From positions 74,407 to 138,406 of the forward strand of contig CABZPR010000002.1 of the NCBI GenBank assembly GCA_902527545.1: DNA of 64,000 nucleotides. Direction: 5' to 3'. The notes below the pieces were generated by a model. It searched no databases, had not been told where the DNA came from, and worked only from the letters and a program-made list of their open reading frames with translations. The DNA comes from an uncultured Alphaproteobacteria bacterium (lineage in GTDB: Bacteria; Pseudomonadota; Alphaproteobacteria; HIMB59). The translations under genes were made by a program, and so were the position numbers. Of the stretch, positions 20,022 through 30,334 are shown one piece after another. Position 1 is the stretch's first letter; every line of letters begins with the position of its first letter.

Positions 20022-20479
20022 TTAATAATATCTTTCCATTTTAACATTTTTTCATTATCTAAGTTTTTCTGTAATACCGTTTCTTTTTCATCATTATCTA
20101 ATAAATGAAATTTCCAAAAAGCTACATCTATCTTTAAGCTATCAATCACAAATTCACAAGCTTCTATAGCTTTTGCACGATGAGAAGAAGCAGTAATTAC
20201 TAAGACAATTTTTTCTCCTAAATCTAATTTTCCTATTCGGTGAATTATTAAACATTCATTTAGTTTCCAACTACTTATTGCTTTGCTTCTTATTTTACTA
20301 AGCTGAGCTAATGCTAATTCTTCATAACACTCTAAATAAATTCCCTTAATTTTCTTATTTGATGAGCTTAAATCAGATCTAACTGTTCCCAGGAAGAAAC
20401 TGTATGCACCATTTGTATTGGATGAAACAAATTTAAATTCTGTTTCTAGATCAAAATTATCATTAATTATTTTAATCAT
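20018..20479 (-). CDS. moaE: Molybdopterin synthase catalytic subunit
   Basis: GAYSFFLGTVR, HRIG, SSHR, FWK. Confidence 0.92.
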   Translation of the reverse strand: MIKIINDNFDLETEFKFVSSNTNGAYSFFLGTVRSDLSSSNKKIKGIYLECYEELALAQLSKIRSKAISSWKLNECLIIHRIGKLDLGEKIVLVITASSHRAKAIEACEFVIDSLKIDVAFWKFHLLDNDEKETVLQKNLDNEKMLKWKDIIN

Positions 20480-20733
20480 TATCCACCTGTAACGGGAGGT
20501 AAAAAAGCTAATATATCACCATTATTTAGTGTTTGATTATCATCATCTATTTCAGTCAAGTTTAAAAAATATTTTATGCTCTTATCTTCAAATATTTCTT
20601 GAAATACAGGGTCTTTTGAAATGAGATTATTTTTCAATTCTTTAAAACTTATTGTTTGATTTAATTCAATTAAGTCATGACTTTTTTTAAGTTTTACTCT
20701 TATCCAAGAAAAATATTTTAATGTAATATTCAA
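20479..20733 (-). CDS. moaD: Molybdopterin synthase sulfur carrier subunit
   Basis: C-terminal AFLPPVTGG. Confidence 0.93.
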   Translation of the reverse strand: MNITLKYFSWIRVKLKKSHDLIELNQTISFKELKNNLISKDPVFQEIFEDKSIKYFLNLTEIDDDNQTLNNGDILAFLPPVTGG

Positions 20734-21284
20734 ATATGTTTAAGACCTTTTGCTACATAATTATATCCAGATAACAAGGTAATTATAGCGGCTAGCCATA
20801 ATGTGACTAAGCCTAAATTCCAAAGAAAATCATTTAATTCAAAACCTAATCCTATTATGAGAATAGATAAACTAACCATTTGAAATGTAGTTTTATATTT
20901 AGCTAGTTTGCTTACTGGCATATCAGTATTAAGTTTAGCTAAAAATTCTCTTAAACCAGAAATTGCTATTTCTCTTAATAAAATAATTATGGCTGGAATT
21001 ACATGTATGTCCGCAATCACTCTCGTGTCTATCAAAACTATGATGACAGATGCTATTAATAGTTTATCAGCGATAGGATCAAGCAAAGTACCAAGCTTAG
21101 ACGATTGATTCAATGTTCTTGCTAAATATCCATCAAAATAATCAGATATAGATGAAACTATAAAAAGTAAGCCTGCAACAAGAACTACTTTAGAATTATC
21201 GGAGAATAGTAAATATAAAATTATGGGAATTAAAATAATTCTTACAAAAGTAATAATATTGGGAATAGTATAAATTTTAGCCAT
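20730..21284 (-). CDS. pgsA: CDP-diacylglycerol--glycerol-3-phosphate 3-phosphatidyltransferase
   Basis: IPNIIT, DYFDGYLAR...GTLLDPIADK. Confidence 0.96.
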   Translation of the reverse strand: MAKIYTIPNIITFVRIILIPIILYLLFSDNSKVVLVAGLLFIVSSISDYFDGYLARTLNQSSKLGTLLDPIADKLLIASVIIVLIDTRVIADIHVIPAIIILLREIAISGLREFLAKLNTDMPVSKLAKYKTTFQMVSLSILIIGLGFELNDFLWNLGLVTLWLAAIITLLSGYNYVAKGLKHI

Positions 21285-23079
21285 TTATTTTATCCAATAT
21301 AGCCTTAATATTTTTCGAATTTAATCCTTTTATTTGGGCTAACTCATCTCTGTTAGCTTTCTTCAGATTTTGAACACTTCCAAAAAAATTGATGACCCTC
21401 ATTTTTTTTATTTTCCCAACACCAGATATATCATCTAAAAAACTTGTTTTTAGGGAGTCGGACATCCTTTTCATGCTATTTTTTTTGGATAATTTGTGAG
21501 CAAGATCTCTCATTTTTTGGATAAAACCCTCTATTTGAGGGCTATCCTTCAAAGATAGATTTTTTTCACTTATAGTATGATATCTGTCAAATCTAAAATC
21601 TCGTTTAAAACCTTTTGACACCCCAATTAACTTTATACTTTCACTAATACCGCTTTCATTAATAATTTCTTGGCAAATTTTCAAATAAGGTTGACCCCCA
21701 TCAATAATTATTAAATCTGGTAAAATTTTATCATCTTTGGAGAAACGAGATTTAAAGACCTTTCGCATTAAATCTGCATCACCAAACTTTTTTAAATCAT
21801 AATCTTTAAATTTATATGTTCTAGAGTCTTTTATACTAAAACCCTCCTCATTAAATACTACATATGATGCCACAGCATAGTTGTTACCGAAAAAACTATT
21901 ATCATAAGCCTCAACACGTTCAATTTTATTATTAATATTAAACCTATTTTTCATTAAAATTAAAATTTCTTGATTATTAATAAACTTTTGTTTTTGAAGA
22001 TTTACTTCTTTATCATTTCTTTTTGCAGTAAGTTTCGAAATTTTCTGAACACCATTAATTTTGCTGCTTTTTAGAAATACATCAATCTTATAATTATCTC
22101 TCATAATTGATTTTAATTCATTGTATCCTTTAATTTTTTTTGAAATTATTATTTTATTAGGTCTGAAGTTTTTTAAATAAAATTGTATAATTAAAGAGGT
22201 AAGGTCTATATCATCTTCAAACTTTTCAGAATAGTAAATTAAATTTCCACCAAGATATCGCCCATACCTAATAAAACCAATGTATATTGAAAAATGTTTC
22301 TTATCATCAATATGGATATAGTCATAATTTGTATCTTGAGTACTGATTTTCACTTCCTCTCTGATGATAAAATTTAAAGATTGTATACTATCTCTTAGTT
22401 CTGCTGCCTTTTCATAGTTTTGACTTTCACTAAAATAAACCATTTGTTTTTCTAATTTATCAAATATTTTTTTTTGGCCTCCTTGAAAAAATTTTACTGT
22501 ATCATCAACTTGATTTTTGTACTCATTTTGACTAACTTTATTCACGCATGGAGCGGAGCATTGTTTTAAGTCATAAAGTAGGCATGCCCGTTTTCTATTT
22601 TTAAACTCTAAGTCACTACAACTTCGTAACTTAAAAGATTTCTGCAAGATTTTTATGACTTTGTCTGTTTTTAACGCAGAGGTAAATGGACCAAATACTT
22701 TATCTTCATTAGAAAATTCATTTCTAAATCTTGTCAGTCTTGGAAAGTCACCTTTAGTAATTTTAATTAATGGAAAGCTCTTATCATCTTTTAAACGAAT
22801 ATTATATCTCGGTGAAAATTTTTTGATAAGTAAAGCCTCTAATAATAATGCATTTCTTTCAGACTCTGTTAACTCAAAATCAATATTTACTGTTTGTGAA
22901 ACCATTTTTTGAAGTCTTCTTGGAAGTTTTGGTAGATTACCGTAATTAGATAATCTCCTTTTGATATTAATAGCTTTTCCTATATAGATCGGGTTATCTT
23001 TTTTATTTTTAAAAAGATAAACCCCTGAACTTTGAGGTGCGTCCTTTATTCTGTTTTTAAGAATTTCTAGCCCAATCAT
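21277..23079 (-). CDS. uvrC: Excinuclease ABC subunit C
   Basis: GVY...YIGKA GIY-YIG domain, Cys cluster, IIIDGG, C-terminal HhH. Confidence 0.96.
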   Translation of the reverse strand: MIGLEILKNRIKDAPQSSGVYLFKNKKDNPIYIGKAINIKRRLSNYGNLPKLPRRLQKMVSQTVNIDFELTESERNALLLEALLIKKFSPRYNIRLKDDKSFPLIKITKGDFPRLTRFRNEFSNEDKVFGPFTSALKTDKVIKILQKSFKLRSCSDLEFKNRKRACLLYDLKQCSAPCVNKVSQNEYKNQVDDTVKFFQGGQKKIFDKLEKQMVYFSESQNYEKAAELRDSIQSLNFIIREEVKISTQDTNYDYIHIDDKKHFSIYIGFIRYGRYLGGNLIYYSEKFEDDIDLTSLIIQFYLKNFRPNKIIISKKIKGYNELKSIMRDNYKIDVFLKSSKINGVQKISKLTAKRNDKEVNLQKQKFINNQEILILMKNRFNINNKIERVEAYDNSFFGNNYAVASYVVFNEEGFSIKDSRTYKFKDYDLKKFGDADLMRKVFKSRFSKDDKILPDLIIIDGGQPYLKICQEIINESGISESIKLIGVSKGFKRDFRFDRYHTISEKNLSLKDSPQIEGFIQKMRDLAHKLSKKNSMKRMSDSLKTSFLDDISGVGKIKKMRVINFFGSVQNLKKANRDELAQIKGLNSKNIKAILDKING

Positions 23080-23175
23080 AAGTCTATATTACAGACATTT
23101 TATAAATCACAAAAAAAATTAATGAGTTTCTAATCAAAAAATAGATAGTATAAATAACTAATATCAAATTAAAAC

Positions 23176-24063
23176 ATGGACTGGGATAAACTTAAAATTT
23201 TTCATAATGTTGCACTAGATCTTAATATCTCAGAAGCAGCTAATAAAATGAATATAAGTCATTCATCTATAAGCAGACAGATTAGTTCACTAGAGAGAGA
23301 TTTGAAAGTGTCACTATTTAAAAGACATGCCAGAGGACTAACATTGACTGAACAAGGTAAAATTTTATTCAAAACAGCACACGATATATTTGGAAAGATA
23401 GCCCTCACTGAGTCTCAATTAACTTCCTCTAAAGAAAAACCCACAGGCTCACTACACATAGCAGCCACTGTTGCCTTTGGTACCACATGGCTTGCCCCAA
23501 GAATAGCAAAGTTTTCAAACTCATATCCTGATATTGATATTTCTATAAGAATTGAGAATAAATATACAGATCTTTCCTTAGGTGAGGCTGATGTAGCTTT
23601 ACGATTAAAAGAGCCTACACAAATGGATTTAATTCGTTTTCCTTTGTATGAGTTTCAATTTAAAATTTACTCCTCACCAGAATACATTGAAAAATTTGGT
23701 ATACCAAAAAGTGTGAGTGATTTATCAAAACATACTATTATTGCTTTTGGTCATGATGTTGAGCCATCAATACCCGATGTAAACTGTATTTTGGATTTAA
23801 TTCCTAAATCAAAAAAACCCAAGACCATTTATATATCAAATATGTATGGAGTTATGAGAGCTATTGGAGGAGGAGCGGGCATTGGTGCCTTACCAGAATA
23901 TATGAAAATATCTAATAACAATCTTGTCCCTATTTTACCTAATGCAAATACTCCAAAGACAATCATTTATTTTACTTATCCTCCTGAATTGAAGGGTTCT
24001 AAAAAAATTGAAGCCCTCAGGGATTTTTTAGTGAGAGAAGTAAATAAAGAAAAAAAAGTTTAG
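23176..24063 (+). CDS. LysR-family regulator (VtlR/LsrB-like)
   Basis: MDWDKLKIFH N-terminus; SRQISSLE...LFKRHARGLTLTEQG; AFGTTWL. Confidence 0.9.
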   Translation: MDWDKLKIFHNVALDLNISEAANKMNISHSSISRQISSLERDLKVSLFKRHARGLTLTEQGKILFKTAHDIFGKIALTESQLTSSKEKPTGSLHIAATVAFGTTWLAPRIAKFSNSYPDIDISIRIENKYTDLSLGEADVALRLKEPTQMDLIRFPLYEFQFKIYSSPEYIEKFGIPKSVSDLSKHTIIAFGHDVEPSIPDVNCILDLIPKSKKPKTIYISNMYGVMRAIGGGAGIGALPEYMKISNNNLVPILPNANTPKTIIYFTYPPELKGSKKIEALRDFLVREVNKEKKV

Positions 24064-24236
24064 TCTTTTTTTATAAATTTTTTATTACAGTAATTACACA
24101 CAATTTCTTTTTTTTTACCGAATTTAAAATATACAGCTGGATGACCTAAATCACCACTTCCACCATCGCACATTAATATATCAGTTTTTTTTGAAACATA
24201 TTCGATGGGTTCTGCTATTTTGTTTTGATCGCTCAT
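24060..24236 (-). CDS. zf-CHCC zinc-finger protein (NDUFS6-like), 58 aa
   Basis: Missed by the ORF track. MSDQNKIAEPIEYVSKKTDILMCDGGSGDLGHPAVYFKFGKKKEIVCNYCNKKFIKKD has the CDGG-GHP-CxxC pattern; ATGA overlap with the htpG stop. Confidence 0.9.
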   Translation of the reverse strand: MSDQNKIAEPIEYVSKKTDILMCDGGSGDLGHPAVYFKFGKKKEIVCNYCNKKFIKKD

Positions 24237-26095
24237 AACGAAACGAGCTCTGAGACTAAATTCGTATATTTTTTTGGGTCGTCAAGGCTTTCACCTTCCA
24301 TTAGTTTTGCGTGATCATAAAGAATTTCACAGAATTTGTCTTTTTGATTTTTATCTAAAGATTTTAATTTATTAACTAATTCATGATTAATATTTATTTC
24401 TAAAATTCTTTTTTCATCAGAAATATTTTGATTGTTAGCGGCCATCAGTTTTTTTAAATGCATATCCATATCATTCTCATCAGCTACTAAACATGAAGCG
24501 CTTGTAGTCAGTCTTCTAGAAATTTTTACATCTTTAACTTTATTTTTCAGATTGTCTTTTAAAAATCCAACAAAATCTTTATCTTCCTTTGGCTCTTCTT
24601 TGTCTTTTTTTGACTCTTTTTTATCCTCAATATCTATTTCACCTTTAGTAATAGATGTGAATTCATAATCTTTGAATTTCATTTTCATTGGCATCCAGAA
24701 TTCGTCAACTGGATCCGTAATTAACAAAACATTTATTTTTTTATTTTTAAAAAGTTCCATTTGAGGGCTATTAATGAGATTTTCCTTGTTTTCACCTGAT
24801 ATATAATAGATTTTCTTTTTGTCATTTGAAAAATCAGTTACGTATTGATCTAAAGTTATCATCTCCTCTTTCTCAGAGCAGTAAAATGTTGAAAACTCAA
24901 ATATTTGATCATGAAAGTCATTAAACTCATAAAGTCCCTCTTTTACAACAGGTCCAAAATTCTTCCAAAAATCTTTAAATTCATCTGGTTTCTTTTTTTT
25001 TAATTCTAGAATTTCTTTTAGAACTCTTTTTGTAATAGCAGTAGATATTTTATTAATTACGGCATTATTTTGTAGAATTTCTCTTGAGATATTTAAACTA
25101 AGATCTTCTGTGTCTACCACACCTGGCACAAATCTAAGCCAAGCTGGAATTAATGTATCTAACTTATCAGAAATAAATACTTTATTTACATACAGCTTTA
25201 ACTTGTTTTTGCGATCTGGATGGTAAAGATCTTGAGGCTGCGATTTTGGTAAATATAAAAGGGCAGTATAATTTACAACTCCCTCAGCTTTAAAGTGAAT
25301 AGTTGTTAAAGGCTCATCATAATAGTTTGAAACTTGATTATAAAAAGATTTATAGTCATCTTTTTTAATTTTTGATTTATCTTTTAGCCAAATGGCTTCA
25401 GCAGAGTTTACTTGTTCTTCAGTTTTATCATCTTTTTTCTTATCATTTTTATCTTCTTCGGATGTTACAAAAATGGGGAAAGGAACAAAATCAGAATACT
25501 TTTTTATTATTTCCTCTATTTTATATTTACTTAAAAACTCTTTCTCATCCTTCTTAATTGATAACGTAATTTCAGTTCCAATTTCATTGTATTCCGTTTC
25601 CTCAATTGAAAATGTACCTTTACCATCTGAAGTCCAAAGGTAACCACTGGATGAGTCATATTTCTTTGATCTAACTACTACTTGATCTGAAACCATAAAT
25701 GATGAATAGAAACCAACTCCAAATTTACCAATTTGATTGATATCTCCCTTTTTATCACCCATCTTTTTAATAAACTCTTCCGTGCCAGATTTAGCTATTG
25801 TGCCTAAATTTGATTGCATATCTTTATCATCCATGCCAATCCCACTATCTTTAATTGAGATAGTTTTATTTTTTTCATTAAGATGAATTCGAATTTGGAA
25901 TTTATTTGTTTTAGGAGCTTTGGAGTCAGTCTGACTAACATATCTTAGTTTTTCGCAAGCATCTGATGAATTTGATATTAATTCACGTAAAAATATTTCC
26001 TTTTCGGTATAGAGTGAATTAGCAACTATATCTAGAAGCTTTGATACTTCAGTTTCAAATTTTACAGTTTTCTTTTCCGCTTGTTGTTTAGTCAT
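24233..26095 (-). CDS. htpG: Chaperone HtpG (Hsp90)
   Basis: EIFLRELISNSSDA, NLGTIAKSG, IGKFGVGFYS, LNISRE. Confidence 0.97.
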   Translation of the reverse strand: MTKQQAEKKTVKFETEVSKLLDIVANSLYTEKEIFLRELISNSSDACEKLRYVSQTDSKAPKTNKFQIRIHLNEKNKTISIKDSGIGMDDKDMQSNLGTIAKSGTEEFIKKMGDKKGDINQIGKFGVGFYSSFMVSDQVVVRSKKYDSSSGYLWTSDGKGTFSIEETEYNEIGTEITLSIKKDEKEFLSKYKIEEIIKKYSDFVPFPIFVTSEEDKNDKKKDDKTEEQVNSAEAIWLKDKSKIKKDDYKSFYNQVSNYYDEPLTTIHFKAEGVVNYTALLYLPKSQPQDLYHPDRKNKLKLYVNKVFISDKLDTLIPAWLRFVPGVVDTEDLSLNISREILQNNAVINKISTAITKRVLKEILELKKKKPDEFKDFWKNFGPVVKEGLYEFNDFHDQIFEFSTFYCSEKEEMITLDQYVTDFSNDKKKIYYISGENKENLINSPQMELFKNKKINVLLITDPVDEFWMPMKMKFKDYEFTSITKGEIDIEDKKESKKDKEEPKEDKDFVGFLKDNLKNKVKDVKISRRLTTSASCLVADENDMDMHLKKLMAANNQNISDEKRILEININHELVNKLKSLDKNQKDKFCEILYDHAKLMEGESLDDPKKYTNLVSELVSL

Positions 26096-26122
26096 TTTTT
26101 TCTAATATCCTTATTATAAGTA

Positions 26123-27463
26123 ATGTTTACCAATGATAATACTGAGTGTTCTACAAAAATTTCTGTCATTTCACAAAGTAAATTTAATAAATGGTTGTTA
26201 ACACAATCCTCTTTTACTAAAAATTGGGCTTTATCTAATAATTTCAAGGCAGAATCAGGAAAAATTCTTAAAATTCCCTATGAGGACGGAAGATTGAAAG
26301 AGGTCATATTAGGAGAGGGTGCAGATAAAAACCTTGAGGCAATTAGTGCTTTTTCTGCATCTAACATTGGTAACTATTATATTTCTACGAAATTTGCCAA
26401 ATCAAAGGAGTCTGAAATATACAAAGCATGGGCTTGGGGCAACTATAAGTATCAGTCTAAATCCAAAAAAAATTTATTATACGTAAAGGAACAAAAGGAA
26501 TTAGACTTTTTAACTTTTTACTCAGATTGTATGAATTTTTCAAGAGACTTGATAAATAGCCCTGCAAATAAATTAAACCCATCAACTTATTACTCAAAAA
26601 TTAAAAATAATAATTTGTTTAAAAGTTTTAATTTTATTGATTACACTGAAAAAGAAATAAATTCAAATTTTCCTTTGACATGTGCTGTTGGTAAATCTTC
26701 CTCTTCAAAACCAAAAGTGATTGAAATAACAAATCGAAAACTTTCAAAAAAAGATAAACCATTAGTTATTATTGGAAAAGGCGTTACATTTGACACGGGT
26801 GGTGTAAACATTAAATCAGGTACCTCAATGAGAAATATGAAAAAAGATATGGGAGGATCTGCTATCGCTATATCATTATTTTTGTTAGCAAATTATTTTT
26901 TAAAAAAAACTAAAATTGTTTTAATTGCCCCAATCGCTGAAAATGCAATATCATCCAAATCAATGAGACCTGGTGATGTATATTCATCTGTATCAGGAAA
27001 GTCTGTGGAAATTGCTCACACAGATGCTGAGGGAAGACTTTTGTTAGCAGATGCAATAGAAAAAGCTTCTTCTTACAACCCATGTATGATTATTGATTTT
27101 GCAACGCTTACTGGAGCAGCAAGAGTAGCTCTAGGTGAAGACCTTCCTGCTTATTTTTGTAATAATGAAACATTTGCAAAAAAAATTGAAAATCTAAATA
27201 AAGAAAAATTGAGATGTTGGAGATTACCTTTGTACTCTCCTTACTTGTTTAAAATTAAATCTCAAGTAGCAGATCTTAGTAATGCATCTTTAGATGGTAT
27301 GGCTGGTTCTATTACGGCAGCACTTTTTCTTCAAGAATTTTTAAAATCTCCCAATATACCTTGGTTTCACTTTGACACCTTTGCTTGGTCTCAAGACTCC
27401 AAAGGAGCTGCATTACAGGGATTAGATATAATGAGTGATTTTTTAAGGAAAAATTTTAATTAG
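26123..27463 (+). CDS. M17 leucyl aminopeptidase (PepB-like)
   Basis: GKGVTFDTGG, MKKDMGG, HTDAEGRL, DFATLTGA. Confidence 0.93.
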   Translation: MFTNDNTECSTKISVISQSKFNKWLLTQSSFTKNWALSNNFKAESGKILKIPYEDGRLKEVILGEGADKNLEAISAFSASNIGNYYISTKFAKSKESEIYKAWAWGNYKYQSKSKKNLLYVKEQKELDFLTFYSDCMNFSRDLINSPANKLNPSTYYSKIKNNNLFKSFNFIDYTEKEINSNFPLTCAVGKSSSSKPKVIEITNRKLSKKDKPLVIIGKGVTFDTGGVNIKSGTSMRNMKKDMGGSAIAISLFLLANYFLKKTKIVLIAPIAENAISSKSMRPGDVYSSVSGKSVEIAHTDAEGRLLLADAIEKASSYNPCMIIDFATLTGAARVALGEDLPAYFCNNETFAKKIENLNKEKLRCWRLPLYSPYLFKIKSQVADLSNASLDGMAGSITAALFLQEFLKSPNIPWFHFDTFAWSQDSKGAALQGLDIMSDFLRKNFN

Positions 27464-28047
27464 TGAAGTACTTACTGATATTTTTTCTATTACTATCAGG
27501 TTGTATTACAACCGATAGATCTTTTAACACAGCAAATATTTGCGATATTTTCAAAACAAATCCTAAATGGAAATCACATGCAGAAAAAACAAAAGAAAAA
27601 TGGGGAGTTCCAGTTAGTTTGCAATTAAGTTTCATTAAACAAGAGTCCTCTTTTGAAAGAACTGCAAGGCCTCCGAGGAAAAAGGTATTGGGATTTATAC
27701 CTGGTTTAAGGCCATCAAGCGCTTATGGTTACAGTCAGGCTTTAGATGGAACATGGGAGGAGTATAAAGTTTCAACAAAAAACTTTAATGCCGATAGAAA
27801 AAATTTTAGAGATGCTAGTGATTTTATAGGTTGGTATGTTGATGGAAGTTACCGTCTGTTGAAAATTGATAAAAGTGATGTTTACAATCATTACCTTGCT
27901 TATCATGAGGGCAAGGGTGGGTATCAAAAAAAATCTTATAACAAAAAAAAATGGCTTTTAGAGGTGGCAAAAAAAGTAGAACGTCAAGCTAAAGATTATT
28001 CTAATCAAATAACAAAATGTAATTTTCATAAAAATAGTGTGTTTTAA
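27463..28047 (+). CDS. Lytic transglycosylase SLT-domain lipoprotein
   Basis: Lipobox LSGC; QESSF catalytic Glu; SAYGYSQA; YLAYHEG. Confidence 0.85.
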   Translation: MKYLLIFFLLLSGCITTDRSFNTANICDIFKTNPKWKSHAEKTKEKWGVPVSLQLSFIKQESSFERTARPPRKKVLGFIPGLRPSSAYGYSQALDGTWEEYKVSTKNFNADRKNFRDASDFIGWYVDGSYRLLKIDKSDVYNHYLAYHEGKGGYQKKSYNKKKWLLEVAKKVERQAKDYSNQITKCNFHKNSVF

Positions 28048-29382
28048 TTGTTACAAAAATCAGATCTTATAAATTATTTCTACTCCAATTTTACTGATCC
28101 TGAGTATAAAGGCATTGGAACTGAACATGAAAAATTTATCTTTTATAAAGATAATAAAAGATTTCAATTTGATGGAGAGGTAAGTATACAAAATTTATTT
28201 CAATTTTTCTTATCAAAGGGTTGGCAAAAAAAAGAATACAATAGTTTCAATCAATTAATATCTTTGTCTAAAAATGGTGCCAGCATTACTTTAGAGCCAG
28301 GGTGTCAACTAGAATTATCTGGTAAAATTTTAAAGAATGTTCATCAAACATGTACGGAGTCCTATGAACATTTAAGAGAATTAAGAGAATATGCCGAATT
28401 GAATGAATTATGCATTTTAGGACTGGGATTTGATCCAATAAGTAAATTAGAGGATTTAACTTTTATTCCAAAAGAGCGTTATAAAATTATGAGTGAATAT
28501 ATGCCTAAAGTTGGCTCAAGAGGATTAGATATGATGACCCGAACATGTACTGTTCAAGCAAATTTAGATTACTTTAATGAAACAGATCTAATTAAAAAAT
28601 TTGTTATTTCTAATAGAATTCAACCAATAGTTATGGGTATATTTTGTAATTCGCCCTTTCGTGAGTCGAAATATAATAATTTAGTGAGTAATCGAATTTA
28701 TACATGGCAAGACACTGATGATCAAAGATGTGGAATAAAAAGATCATTTCTGAAAAAGAATTTTTCTATTGAGGAATATGTTGATTTTGTTTTGGAAGTA
28801 AAAAACTATTTTTTAAAGATAAATGGAAAACAATATGACACAACAGATTATACTTTTAATGAATTGTTAACTAAAAACACCACAAATAAAGACCTTTCAA
28901 ATTACAACATATCAATACAAGATTGGATAAACCATCTCTCCACAATTTTTACAGAGGTAAGATTAAAGTCATATATAGAACTTAGAGGCGCAGACGCTGG
29001 GAAATGGGAAATGATTTGTGCTCTTCCAGCATTTTGGGTTGGCATACTTTATGATGATGAAAATCTTGAACATCTGTGGAAAGAAACTAGTTCGTGGCAA
29101 GAGAATGATATTTTAAATTTGTATCAAGAGGTCCCTTATAAAGGACTTAACAGTAACTTTATTAATTCGCCCTTATATGAGCATGGTAAAAACCTTCTTA
29201 ACCTCGCTTACAAGGGATTAGAAAAAAGAGGTTATCTAAATTCTGAAGGAAGAGATGAAAGTATTCATCTTGAAAAATTATATAATATTGTTGAAAAACA
29301 AAAAAATCCTGCAGATTTGTTAATTGAAGAGTTTAAGGATAAAAAAGATATATTATCATTATTAAATAATACCTATTATTGA
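28048..29382 (+). CDS. gshA: Glutamate--cysteine ligase (alphaproteobacterial/plant type)
   Basis: IGTEHEKF, LEPGCQLELSG, RTCTVQANLD, IELRGAD. Confidence 0.95.
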   Translation: MLQKSDLINYFYSNFTDPEYKGIGTEHEKFIFYKDNKRFQFDGEVSIQNLFQFFLSKGWQKKEYNSFNQLISLSKNGASITLEPGCQLELSGKILKNVHQTCTESYEHLRELREYAELNELCILGLGFDPISKLEDLTFIPKERYKIMSEYMPKVGSRGLDMMTRTCTVQANLDYFNETDLIKKFVISNRIQPIVMGIFCNSPFRESKYNNLVSNRIYTWQDTDDQRCGIKRSFLKKNFSIEEYVDFVLEVKNYFLKINGKQYDTTDYTFNELLTKNTTNKDLSNYNISIQDWINHLSTIFTEVRLKSYIELRGADAGKWEMICALPAFWVGILYDDENLEHLWKETSSWQENDILNLYQEVPYKGLNSNFINSPLYEHGKNLLNLAYKGLEKRGYLNSEGRDESIHLEKLYNIVEKQKNPADLLIEEFKDKKDILSLLNNTYY

Positions 29383-29389
29383 ATTTGTT

Positions 29390-30334
29390 ATGAAATTTCT
29401 TTTTCAAATGGATGATCCCAAAAAAATAAATATTAACGAGGACTCTACTTATATGTTAATCAAGGAGTCTTTAAATAGAGGTATAGATTGTTATTACAAT
29501 GATCCAAGATGGGTATTTAGTGAGATTAATAAAGTTAATAAAATTAAATCTCACGTTTGTAGATTAAGTTTGAAAAAAAATAATCAGCTTTCGTATCAAA
29601 GAAAGATCCTAAAAGAAATTGATTTAGAACAGATGGATGCCATTTTTATTCGACAAGATCCACCCTTCGATTTAAATTATATTTCTAATACCTATTTATT
29701 AGATCAATTAAAAAAACCTTTAATTTTGAATAATTCAAAGGAGATTAGGAACTTCCCAGAAAAACATATTATGATGAACTTCCCAGAATTAACTCCCCCG
29801 ACGTTAATATCATCAAATATAGAAGCTATCATAAAGTTTATAAAGAAGAATAAAGAGGTTATTATAAAACCCGCTTATGGAAATGGGGGATTAGGAATTC
29901 AAAAAATTAGCCATAATAAGACTAATCTCAATACGTTCTTAAAAAATTACATAAAAAAATTTTCGAATTGCCCAGTAATTATTCAAAGATTCCTTAAAAA
30001 TTTCAAAAAAGGAGACAAAAGAATTATTCTCATAAACGGGGATATTGCTGGAGCTGTATTAAGAGTGCCTAGAACTAATAGCATAAAGGCAAATTTTCAT
30101 GCAGGTGGAAGGGCATTAGAAACCAATATCACTGACAAAGATAAGTACATTTGTAAAAAAATAAAATCATTTTTGGTGAAAAAAAAATTATTTTTTGTTG
30201 GTATTGATGTGATAGATGGCTATTTAACAGAAATAAATATTACATCTCCTACTGGAATTCAAGAAATCAACAGATTAAATAAAAGTAAGATTGAAAAAGA
30301 TATTATTGATTTTGTTTTAAGATCACTGAAATAA
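29390..30334 (+). CDS. gshB: Glutathione synthetase
   Basis: FQMD, RQDPPFD, PEK, GDKRI, EINITSPTG. Confidence 0.96.
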   Translation: MKFLFQMDDPKKININEDSTYMLIKESLNRGIDCYYNDPRWVFSEINKVNKIKSHVCRLSLKKNNQLSYQRKILKEIDLEQMDAIFIRQDPPFDLNYISNTYLLDQLKKPLILNNSKEIRNFPEKHIMMNFPELTPPTLISSNIEAIIKFIKKNKEVIIKPAYGNGGLGIQKISHNKTNLNTFLKNYIKKFSNCPVIIQRFLKNFKKGDKRIILINGDIAGAVLRVPRTNSIKANFHAGGRALETNITDKDKYICKKIKSFLVKKKLFFVGIDVIDGYLTEINITSPTGIQEINRLNKSKIEKDIIDFVLRSLK

